NCBI GenBank assembly: GCA_046570105.1
Contig: JBKHVI010000052.1
Span: 1 to 17,810, forward strand
From: Bacteriovoracia bacterium
GTDB taxonomy: Bacteria > Bdellovibrionota > Bacteriovoracia > Bacteriovoracales > Bacteriovoracaceae
Length of the DNA stretch: 17,810 nt
Direction: 5' to 3'
Made by a program: the position numbers and the translations under genes. Shown here piece after piece: positions 1 to 7,659 of this stretch; position 1 is the first letter of the stretch; every line of letters begins with the position of its first letter. Under the pieces are notes generated by a model. It was not told the DNA's origin, did not search any database, and was given only the letters and a program-made list of their open reading frames with translations.

Positions 1-1
1 T

Positions 2-361
2 GCTCCAGAGACTCTCGTAGGAATTATTGCCTTAGCTCATCAACTTGTGACTCAGTCTGCAGGTCTGCCACCTTCAGGTGGCTGCAACAGTTGCGAAGAG
101 CTGATTATGCTGGATCCATTTCGTATTCCGATTGAAATTAAAATTCGTGAAGAACTTAAAGAGCTAGTCGATATCCACCGCCCAGAACTGCTAAGAACCG
201 GGGTCACGGAAACAACCTTAACGAATTTCCTCGCAGAAGAAACGTGTCAGCTGAATGGTTTGATTTGTGCGCGAGAGTGTCAGGCTAAACCTAATAAAGC
301 TGCCAAAGATGTCTGCTTACGAAGCTGCCAAGATAAATTGAAATTGTGTTCGCGGAAATAA
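2..361 (+). CDS. 3' end of a hypothetical protein (5'-partial) with a Cys-rich C-terminus
   Basis: The frame of ORF 47..361 is open from position 2 (GCT CCA GAG ACT CTC...), so the gene probably starts upstream of the window. It ends in tandem TAA TAA just before the convergent rpsA terminator. It has 8 Cys. No family recognised. Confidence 0.7.
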   Translation, partial: APETLVGIIALAHQLVTQSAGLPPSGGCNSCEELIMLDPFRIPIEIKIREELKELVDIHRPELLRTGVTETTLTNFLAEETCQLNGLICARECQAKPNKAAKDVCLRSCQDKLKLCSRK

Positions 362-383
362 TAAGGGCCCCTTGCGGAGCCCT
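356..383 (-). terminator. Intrinsic terminator downstream of rpsA
   Basis: The minus strand reads AGGGCTCC-GCAA-GGGGCCCT-TATTATTT: an 8-bp GC-rich stem (one G-U pair) with a GNRA tetraloop and an imperfect U tract, 35 nt after the rpsA stop. The U-G pair forms only on the minus-strand RNA, which supports the orientation. Confidence 0.75.
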
Positions 384-418
384 CAAATTCCCAGGATAAC
401 GGGGAACCAAAACTAAAA

Positions 419-2155
419 TTAGACTTTGAAACCTTTAAGCTTCGAAGCAAGAGTAGAAGCAGAAGTGTCTTCTGGCTTGTAGTGAGCTTTGAACTCACCA
501 GCAGCTACCGCTTTGATAGAAAGAGCGATTTTCTTCGCTGTCTTATCAATTGAGATAACTACGGCCTTAACTCTCTGACCTTTCTCTAGCTTGTCAGATG
601 GCTTCTCGACGCGCTCTTCAGCGATCTCAGAAATGTGAACGAGGCCTTCGATGCCTGTTTCCACTTCAACGAAAGCTCCGAAGTCCGTCAAACGAACAAC
701 TTCACCTTCGAGAGCAGAGCCAACTGGCATACGCTCTTCGATACGCTTCCAAGGATCTTCCTCAAGCTGCTTCAAGCCGAGGCAGAATTTTTGGTTGTCG
801 CGGTCAACAGACACAACGGCAGCCGTAATTTTCTGACCAACTTTATATTCAGTTGTGAGTTCAACCGCTTTCTTCGTCCAAGAAATATCTGAAACGTGGA
901 TCAAAGCATCAACTTCTTCACCAACGTCAATGAAGAGACCGAATTCAACGATCGCTTTCACTGTACCAGTGACTGACTTACCAATTGTGTATTTGTTGGC
1001 AAGATCGTCCCACGGGTTTGGCATCAATTGCTTGATACCCAAAGAGATGCGCTTGTTTTCAACGTCAACTTCCAACACAACGGCTTCGATCTTCTCGCCG
1101 ACGTTGTAGTTTTTCACTGGAGCTTTCTTGTTCGTCCAGCTCATTTCTGAAACGTGGATCAAACCTTCGATACCGTCAGCGAGTTCAACGAAGACACCGT
1201 AGTCTTTAACAGACACGATTTCGCCAGATACTTTCGTGCCTGGGAAGTATTTGTCTTTCGCTGATTCCCATGGGTTCGGCTGAACTTGCTTCAAGCCCAA
1301 AGATACGCGCTCTTTCGATGCATCGTACTTCAAGATCTTGACGTCAACTTCGTCGCCTACGTTCAAGAGATTAGATGGGTGCTTCACGCGGCCCCAAGAC
1401 ATATCTGTAATGTGGAGAAGACCGTCAACACCGCCAAGGTCGATGAACGCACCGTAATCGGTGATGTTCTTAACGATACCTTTAACGATCATGCCTTCTT
1501 GGATTTGAGCAAGAGTTTCATCACGAAGCTTCCCGCGCTCATCTTGAAGAATTGCACGACGAGAAAGAACGATGTTACCGCGCTTCTTGTTGAACTTGAT
1601 GACTTTGAATTCCATTGTTTTACCAATGTACTTGTCCAAGTTCTTCACTGGGCGGATATCAATCTGAGAACCAGGCAAGAATGCCTTAACGCCGATATCA
1701 ACTGAGAGGCCGCCTTTCACTTTCGCGATAACGGTACCTTCAACTGCTTCGCCGCGCTCACAAGCTTCAGAGATTTTGTCCCAAGCTTTGAGGATCTCAG
1801 CTTTGTCTTTAGAGAGAACGAGGTTGCCCATGGCAGACTCGAGCTTCTCAAGATAAACCTGAATTTCGTCGCCAGTTTTTACTTTCAAAGTGCCGTCGTA
1901 TGAACGGAACTCTTTAGCAAGAACGAGACCTTCTTGCTTATAGCCGATGTCTACAGTTACGTAGTCGTCAGTTACAGCAATGACTCTTCCCATAAAAACT
2001 TCGCCTTCAGCGAAATTCTTAGCAGCGCTCGAGTTGATTAAATCTCCGAACTCTGACTTTTTAACTTCTACGCTCTCGTCGCCTTGGACGAAATCGTAAC
2101 CTTTGATCCATGCTGGCATCTGGAAGGATTTAGAAACGGTTTGTTTGGTGGGCAT
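419..2155 (-). CDS. rpsA: 30S ribosomal protein S1 (six S1 domains)
   Basis: Six S1 repeats. Typical motifs KGGLSVDIGVKAFLPGSQID, KNITDYGAFIDLGGVDGLLHITDMSW, GVFVELADGIEGLIHVSEMSW. Strong SD AGGGAGGG (2170-2163) 7 nt before the ATG. Confidence 0.98.
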   Translation of the reverse strand: MPTKQTVSKSFQMPAWIKGYDFVQGDESVEVKKSEFGDLINSSAAKNFAEGEVFMGRVIAVTDDYVTVDIGYKQEGLVLAKEFRSYDGTLKVKTGDEIQVYLEKLESAMGNLVLSKDKAEILKAWDKISEACERGEAVEGTVIAKVKGGLSVDIGVKAFLPGSQIDIRPVKNLDKYIGKTMEFKVIKFNKKRGNIVLSRRAILQDERGKLRDETLAQIQEGMIVKGIVKNITDYGAFIDLGGVDGLLHITDMSWGRVKHPSNLLNVGDEVDVKILKYDASKERVSLGLKQVQPNPWESAKDKYFPGTKVSGEIVSVKDYGVFVELADGIEGLIHVSEMSWTNKKAPVKNYNVGEKIEAVVLEVDVENKRISLGIKQLMPNPWDDLANKYTIGKSVTGTVKAIVEFGLFIDVGEEVDALIHVSDISWTKKAVELTTEYKVGQKITAAVVSVDRDNQKFCLGLKQLEEDPWKRIEERMPVGSALEGEVVRLTDFGAFVEVETGIEGLVHISEIAEERVEKPSDKLEKGQRVKAVVISIDKTAKKIALSIKAVAAGEFKAHYKPEDTSASTLASKLKGFKV

Positions 2156-2222
2156 ATTATGGCCCTCCCTTTTTTGACATTGGCCCTTCTACTGAAGGGT
2201 TCTTGAATGAACAAGAGGCATG

Positions 2223-2252
2223 TTTATAGGCCAAAAAGGGGGTCAGAGTCAA
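2223..2252 (-). promoter_or_regulatory. Candidate sigma70 promoter for rpsA
   Basis: Minus strand TTGACT (2252-2247), 18-nt spacer, TATAAA (2228-2223), in the 103-nt intergenic gap upstream of rpsA. Both hexamers match consensus 5/6. Confidence 0.65.
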
Positions 2253-2258
2253 AGGAAA

Positions 2259-3422
2259 TCAAGCCTTTGACGCGAAGATTCGGCGGCGCTTGAGAGCGAA
2301 ACGAAGACGCTGGAGAGAGAGACGCTCATAGAGCTGAAAAAGCTCTCCCACATAGCGCTCAAAGTGGTGTTTTTCCATTAGATCCGGCAGCGCCTCACGG
2401 ATATTGTGGCGAAATTCGTCTTGGCGCAACAAAAGTTCTCGAGCTTTGACTTTCAGTTCACGCACATCACCAGGCAGATAGGTAAGCCCCAATTTCCCCC
2501 CCTCTAAGAGGTGGGTGCGGGCCGAAGTCCGCGGCAAAAGTACCGGGACTTGATGAAAAAGTGCCTCAAGCTCATGGTCTTCAAAAGGAGCATCACCAGC
2601 TAAGGCGACAAAAAGATTCTGGGTTGAGAGAGTGTTGGCCCCCCAACTTTGGGGATGAAATGAAATGTGATGCTCAAGTCCACGCTCTAAAACGGTGCGC
2701 TTAAAGAGTTCATAGTGAGGATGTTCGTACCAAGAGCCACGAGTAGCGAGAGTGAGCACCACTTTTTTTCCATCGACCTCGAGTAGTGGAATACTCATAA
2801 ACAATGGCACGTACCGATTGATGCGTAATTCATCAGGCTTAACGTAAGCGATGATTTTCCAGCGCTCTCCATCAGGTGTGTGATTTTTCACCGTAGGTGT
2901 TTCAAGGCCCGCGCCCATAAAACCTACTTTACGTTGACCAAGCGGTAAAACATCCATCACACGCTCTGCCAGGGCCGGAGAAAAACACAGCACCTGATCA
3001 ATTCGACGAATGAAAAAATCATGCCAGTACGGTTGATAACATTCCGACACATCTTCATTACAAGTATAGATCAGAGGAATACGAATATGGCGTTTGAGTG
3101 CCAGGCCCAATACCATGAGGGGCGTATATGAATAACAATGAACAAGATCGAGCTGCTGGTTATTGACCAAGTCTTTGATTAAGCGCCAGAGCACCAATGA
3201 GACACTCCACAAACTATCTGATTCGAGATGATGGCGACGGATATCTTGGCGTTCAGCTTCGCGATCGAGCACCGAATCTTTCAAACAGACAAGTAACGGA
3301 TTGCCACCTAAATTTCTAAACGTCACAACGTCAGCTAAAACACGATGCCCTGTTGTCCCATGACCTGAATCAAGGCAGATAAATAAAACGTTGAGGTCTG
3401 ACAGCCTGAGGCGCTCACGCAC
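2259..3422 (-). CDS. GT-B fold (GT4-like) glycosyltransferase-like protein with degenerate donor-binding motifs
   Basis: N-terminal NVLFICLDSGHG, DLVHCY, PLIYTC, IDQVLCFS and C-terminal FVAL...PFEDHELEALFHQVPVL...GLTYLPGDVREL follow the GT4 layout. Start reassigned from 3482 to GTG 3422, which follows an AAGGGGA SD-like sequence and lies 1 nt after the upstream stop. Confidence 0.7.
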   Translation of the reverse strand: MRERLRLSDLNVLFICLDSGHGTTGHRVLADVVTFRNLGGNPLLVCLKDSVLDREAERQDIRRHHLESDSLWSVSLVLWRLIKDLVNNQQLDLVHCYSYTPLMVLGLALKRHIRIPLIYTCNEDVSECYQPYWHDFFIRRIDQVLCFSPALAERVMDVLPLGQRKVGFMGAGLETPTVKNHTPDGERWKIIAYVKPDELRINRYVPLFMSIPLLEVDGKKVVLTLATRGSWYEHPHYELFKRTVLERGLEHHISFHPQSWGANTLSTQNLFVALAGDAPFEDHELEALFHQVPVLLPRTSARTHLLEGGKLGLTYLPGDVRELKVKARELLLRQDEFRHNIREALPDLMEKHHFERYVGELFQLYERLSLQRLRFALKRRRIFASKA

Positions 3423-3423
3423 T

Positions 3424-4500
3424 TTATTCCCCTTGGGCCAATTCTGCGAAGACCGAACCAATTTTGATTTTTGCTTTGGCACGAATGAGAGAGTGAACTT
3501 TGTCGTCTGTTAACCAGAATGTCATGTCGCCACTCTTAAGTGTTTTTCCAGTGTATTGAGTGAAGGCATGAACACGAATACTCGCCTTCTCTCCCATTTT
3601 GGTTTTAAGCACTTCTCTGCCAGAGACAGTCGCTTCCAAAACTAAGGTTTTACCTTTGTTCACGATGGGTAGAAAATATTTATCACCAGTTTTAAGTGGC
3701 ATTCCACGAATCAACCAAAGCACACTTAAAGGATCGATACTCCACTTAGGAATGAAGCCACTCCATTTTGAGTTTTTGGTTTTTCCGTCTTTAACTCTTT
3801 TCTGATACGCCATCGTCTTAAGCGTTTCACGATCATAGAGTTGCACTTCATCTACGTCTTGCTTACTTTCTCTTTGCACCAAGTTGGAGCGTACTCCGAC
3901 GAAGTTTTCTTTTTCCACATAAGTATCTAATTGATCATCTAGTTCATAGATAGCGCTGTAAAACGGTGCGCTCTTAAAGAACGCCTGAAAATGGTGGACT
4001 GATTTTTCGTTAATACTTTTGAGTCCACGATATCGAAGCACCACCTTCCCTACCGTCATTCCCAAATAATCCACATCAAGCATCATCTTTTCATCAGTAT
4101 CGAAAATTGGTTTGAAAAGTTTCCATGAGGCTTCTGCTTGTTTATCAACTAACTTCAACTCGGCGGGATAATCGGCCGGGTATAAATCAACAATTGGCTC
4201 TGCTTGTTTCACTGGCTTTTTTGCCGCAACAACCGGAACTGTTTTTTTAACCGTCACTGGCTTTGCAACCTTATCAGGCTTTGCTTCGGCGACAACGACT
4301 GGAGCAGGCGCCTCTTGAACCGCGAACTTCGCGAGTTCCTCTTCTTTGGCCCCTACTTTTTTTAATTGCGAATTATCAGTTGATTCTTTTTTACTGAACC
4401 ATTTAAGCAGTTCACCTTTGTTCCAAGCACAACTGGAACACAAAAAAAGTGTGATTAGTAAGGCACGAGAGGTGCCAAAAATGCTTGGGAAGTGACTCAT
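3424..4500 (-). CDS. DUF3108-like putative lipoprotein with a Pro/Ala/Lys/Val-rich linker
   Basis: Hydrophobic signal ending LFLCSSC (Cys24, lipobox-like). Low-complexity linker APAPVVVAEAKPDKVAKPVTVKK. Beta-rich domain with IDPLSVLWLIRGMPLKTG and FWLTDD...IRAKAKIKIGSVFAEL, recognised by eye as DUF3108-like. Confidence 0.7.
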   Translation of the reverse strand: MSHFPSIFGTSRALLITLFLCSSCAWNKGELLKWFSKKESTDNSQLKKVGAKEEELAKFAVQEAPAPVVVAEAKPDKVAKPVTVKKTVPVVAAKKPVKQAEPIVDLYPADYPAELKLVDKQAEASWKLFKPIFDTDEKMMLDVDYLGMTVGKVVLRYRGLKSINEKSVHHFQAFFKSAPFYSAIYELDDQLDTYVEKENFVGVRSNLVQRESKQDVDEVQLYDRETLKTMAYQKRVKDGKTKNSKWSGFIPKWSIDPLSVLWLIRGMPLKTGDKYFLPIVNKGKTLVLEATVSGREVLKTKMGEKASIRVHAFTQYTGKTLKSGDMTFWLTDDKVHSLIRAKAKIKIGSVFAELAQGE

Positions 4501-4518
4501 ATTACAATGGTAGGTTGA

Positions 4519-5589
4519 TTAGGCTTCAGGTTCAAGGCGGAGGACTTTTCCAAGCTCAGACTTAAGACTGTCTTCACCGCTCAAGAACTCCACTTTGACT
4601 TTAAAACAGAACAATCTCGGGTCTTGCGAAACACGTCGCAGCTTCACCATATCTTTCTCAGAACAGATCACCATTGCTGAGTGACGACTCGCTTTCAAAA
4701 GCAGCTCGTTAACGTCTTCTTCAGTAAAGAAATAGTGATCGGGATAACTCACTCGTTCGACTAAACGTGCTCCCTGAGTCTCTAATGATTTAAAGAATGA
4801 GCCCGGCGAGGCAATAGCAGTAACAGCAACAACATCTTTGCCCTGTAGCTCATCAACGCTAAAGCGGAATGTGTCATGTCCATCAAACAGACCTACCGGA
4901 CGATACCCGAGTTCACACCAAATAGGACCATGGTGATGGTAGCGGGCCAGAAAAGAGCGGATCTCTTGGCGCTTCTCTTCACTCACCATGTCGGCACGAC
5001 TTAATAAAATGGCGTCGGCATCTTTCAAAGCGGTTAAGCCTTCACGCAAGTAGCCGAGCGGAGCTGTCCGATAAAGTGACATCTCCATGGTGGCATCAAA
5101 CAAAACGAGATTAAACGATCTGAAAATACTGAGGTGTTGAAAACCATCATCCAATAACACAACATCAGGTTTCACTTCAGGAAAGAATCGTTCCAAATTA
5201 CGAGCACGCTGTTTACCCACAACGACCGCCCCTCTTTTCATCTTACTGGCGATCATAAGTGGTTCATCGCCGTAGTCATGAGGATTCAAGCGAAAACGTT
5301 GACCGGATTTTAATAAACCAGCTCCATCTTCCAAAAGACCTTTGTATCCACGAGTAAGGACAACCGGAGTCAGACCTTTTTCCGCCATGAAATCAGTCAG
5401 CCATAAAATCATGGGGGTTTTACCCGTTCCACCGAAGGTGAGATTTCCCACTGACACAACTGGGACTTTGAAATAGTGGCGCGCTAAAAATCCATACTCA
5501 TAACCTGAACGACGCAAACGATAGACCCACTCCCATGACCAAGATAAGGGCGAAAGTGCTATGTCTTTAAATTTTTGCATCGTACTCAT
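4519..5589 (-). CDS. lpxK: Tetraacyldisaccharide (lipid A) 4'-kinase
   Basis: VGNLTFGGTGKTP P-loop, TRGYKG, GDEP, LLDDGFQH, PLGYLRE, YPDHY and SEKDMVKL motifs. ATGA overlap with lpxB. Confidence 0.96.
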   Translation of the reverse strand: MSTMQKFKDIALSPLSWSWEWVYRLRRSGYEYGFLARHYFKVPVVSVGNLTFGGTGKTPMILWLTDFMAEKGLTPVVLTRGYKGLLEDGAGLLKSGQRFRLNPHDYGDEPLMIASKMKRGAVVVGKQRARNLERFFPEVKPDVVLLDDGFQHLSIFRSFNLVLFDATMEMSLYRTAPLGYLREGLTALKDADAILLSRADMVSEEKRQEIRSFLARYHHHGPIWCELGYRPVGLFDGHDTFRFSVDELQGKDVVAVTAIASPGSFFKSLETQGARLVERVSYPDHYFFTEEDVNELLLKASRHSAMVICSEKDMVKLRRVSQDPRLFCFKVKVEFLSGEDSLKSELGKVLRLEPEA

Positions 5590-6710
5590 ATCATCTCCCG
5601 CGCCATCATCTCACCTACGGCCTTTTCTCCATGGCAGAGACTTTGCTGCAACTGACTCAAGCTTAATTGAACTTCATTCCAACAATGCGCATTTTGCCAC
5701 CAGGATAACACAGAACGGGCCAAAAGCGTTGGTTGCACCGCTTGCTGTAAATATTCGGGGAACACTTCTTTCTCGAGGACAATATTAGTCAGTGATACTG
5801 GTTTACGGTAACCGATTAATTGGCGCACAACAAACTCATTCACTAATGATGATTGGTAAGCGACGACAGTGGGAACTTTCATCATGCCGGTTCCAAGAGT
5901 CACTGTTCCACTGGCGGCAATCGCTGCATCACTTTTTAGAAGTTTAAAAGGTAACTCCTCAGGAGTGATCCATTCATCTACGAAACCTTGCGCGCAATCA
6001 TAAAATCCCGCATCCAAATGTCCCACTCGCGAGAGACTCACATGCATATTGGGAATTTGCTGTTTAAGTATTTTGACTGTTGCCACCATGAGGGGTAAAA
6101 GCGGGCCCACTTCTGATCGTCTAGAGCCAGGCAAGAGCATAAGCCTAGGAGTTGTTTGCAAACTCGCTGACCAATTTTTTACACCAAGTAACTTTAAGGC
6201 CTCACTCCAGTTTTGTGTCAGTGGATGAGGAACTGGTGTGACTTGCTTCACGCCTCGCTCACGAAACCATTTTTCTTCAAAAGGCAGAATGGTAAATAGA
6301 CGATGAACTGTTTTAGCTAGGGTCTGTGCACGCCAAGGCCGCCACGCCCATGCTTGAGGAGCGACGTAATACCAGACTCGAATGCCATGAAGAGCGAGTC
6401 GGCGAGCGAGACGAAGATTGAAATCTTGAAAATCAATGAGGATGGCATCTTTCGTTTTACGCTGAAGAGCTTCGTTCACCAGAACATCGAGTGCATTTTT
6501 ATAAAAAGGAATTTTACCAATCACTTCAGTAAATCCCATGCTGGAAAAGTCACGTAAATGGTATTTGAGCTCCATCCCTTGCGAACTTAAAATATCTCCG
6601 CCGACACCCCAAAAACTGAGATCGGGCCTCAAACTCTTTAATTGGGGAAGAAAAGTCTGCGCGTGCTCTTCACCGGAAGGCTCACCGGCCACCAGTAATA
6701 CACTAGGCAT
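5586..6710 (-). CDS. lpxB: Lipid A disaccharide synthase
   Basis: VAGEPSG, IDFQDFNLRLA, YYVAPQAWAWR, ILPFE, LLPGSRRSEV, ASGTVTL and PEYLQ motifs. Located in the lpx cluster. Confidence 0.95.
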   Translation of the reverse strand: MPSVLLVAGEPSGEEHAQTFLPQLKSLRPDLSFWGVGGDILSSQGMELKYHLRDFSSMGFTEVIGKIPFYKNALDVLVNEALQRKTKDAILIDFQDFNLRLARRLALHGIRVWYYVAPQAWAWRPWRAQTLAKTVHRLFTILPFEEKWFRERGVKQVTPVPHPLTQNWSEALKLLGVKNWSASLQTTPRLMLLPGSRRSEVGPLLPLMVATVKILKQQIPNMHVSLSRVGHLDAGFYDCAQGFVDEWITPEELPFKLLKSDAAIAASGTVTLGTGMMKVPTVVAYQSSLVNEFVVRQLIGYRKPVSLTNIVLEKEVFPEYLQQAVQPTLLARSVLSWWQNAHCWNEVQLSLSQLQQSLCHGEKAVGEMMAREMI

Positions 6711-7656
6711 GTAAACTCACCGAAGAATTTGAAGCCAATGATTTAAGTACGGCTTCTACGCACTCAACGGCGACTCGCCCTTCTGTCGCTGTGACAAATA
6801 CTTTTTCACCCTGAAGAATGCTTCGATAAAACGCCGCTTGCTCTATCAATAAATGATCGCGTTTCTCATAGCTCGCTTCATCTGTGAATACACCGGGTGA
6901 AACTTCTCCAGCGGGAGCGGTTTGAATTTTGTTTGCGAACAAATCAACTCGTGTCACTCCTGAACAGTGAAAGACTTCCAGGGCACGAATTTCGTGAACA
7001 TGATTTCTGCCAGAAGTGATGGTGGCTTCAAGTCCATCACCTAACTTAAAGTGAGCAGTGACATGATCCCAGTGCTGAGTTCTGATTTTAAAACCAGTCG
7101 CCGAGACACTTTGTACCTGTCGTCCAAAGAGCCAGAGCATGAGGTCAATATCGTGAATCATCAAATCTTGGACAACATCCACATCAGTCGCGCGGCCTTT
7201 AAAAGGAGCGTAACGATCAATACGTAAATGGACGGGACCTTTAAGCTCTTTCAGCTTGAGTTCAGTCCAAGCGGCATGACAGCGCTCGGAGTGCCCCACT
7301 TGAAGAATGAGATTTTTATCTTTCGCCATTTTTTCTAAGATACGCGCTTCGGTCGAAGTCGAACAAAGTGGCTTTTCGCAAAAGACGTGTTTGCCAGCTT
7401 CCAGTAACTCTTTTGCTACAGAGAAATGCAAACTGGTGGGCGTGACAATGACAGCAGCATCAATAGAATCAGCAATTGACTGCCAAGTCTCTATCACTTG
7501 CGTATTGGGATGAGCTGTTCGTGCCGCCGTTTGAGCAGCAGGAAACTTCTCAACAATAGCGACGAGATCACAGAGTTCAGTTAAGGCCGCCGCTTTCTGG
7601 GCGTGCCATCTTCCTAAAAAGCCATAACCAATCGTTGCAACTCTTACTTTTTTCAT
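6703..7656 (-). CDS. gnnA: Gfo/Idh/MocA NAD-dependent oxidoreductase, probable UDP-GlcNAc 3-dehydrogenase (GnnA-like)
   Basis: GYGFLG Rossmann motif, EKPL, VGHSER and DVDVVQDLMIHDID motifs. It lies between lpxA and lpxB, the known position of gnnA. The family call is firm; the specific function is inferred. Confidence 0.75.
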   Translation of the reverse strand: MKKVRVATIGYGFLGRWHAQKAAALTELCDLVAIVEKFPAAQTAARTAHPNTQVIETWQSIADSIDAAVIVTPTSLHFSVAKELLEAGKHVFCEKPLCSTSTEARILEKMAKDKNLILQVGHSERCHAAWTELKLKELKGPVHLRIDRYAPFKGRATDVDVVQDLMIHDIDLMLWLFGRQVQSVSATGFKIRTQHWDHVTAHFKLGDGLEATITSGRNHVHEIRALEVFHCSGVTRVDLFANKIQTAPAGEVSPGVFTDEASYEKRDHLLIEQAAFYRSILQGEKVFVTATEGRVAVECVEAVLKSLASNSSVSLHA

Positions 7657-7659
7657 TTG

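Noticed and set aside
388..406. Second small hairpin TTCCC...GGGAA just after the rpsA stop
   Set aside because: Only 5 bp with a 9-nt loop. The adjacent GNRA hairpin explains termination better.
280..498. 72-aa minus-strand ORF with a poly-Leu stretch resembling a signal peptide
   Set aside because: It overlaps the end of rpsA out of frame, runs through the terminator, and is antisense to the plus-strand gene.
888..1163. 18-nt direct repeat TCTGAAACGTGGATCAAA at 888-905 and 1146-1163
   Set aside because: Both copies encode the LIHVS motif of adjacent S1 domains, so the protein repeat explains it. It is not an array or mobile-element end.
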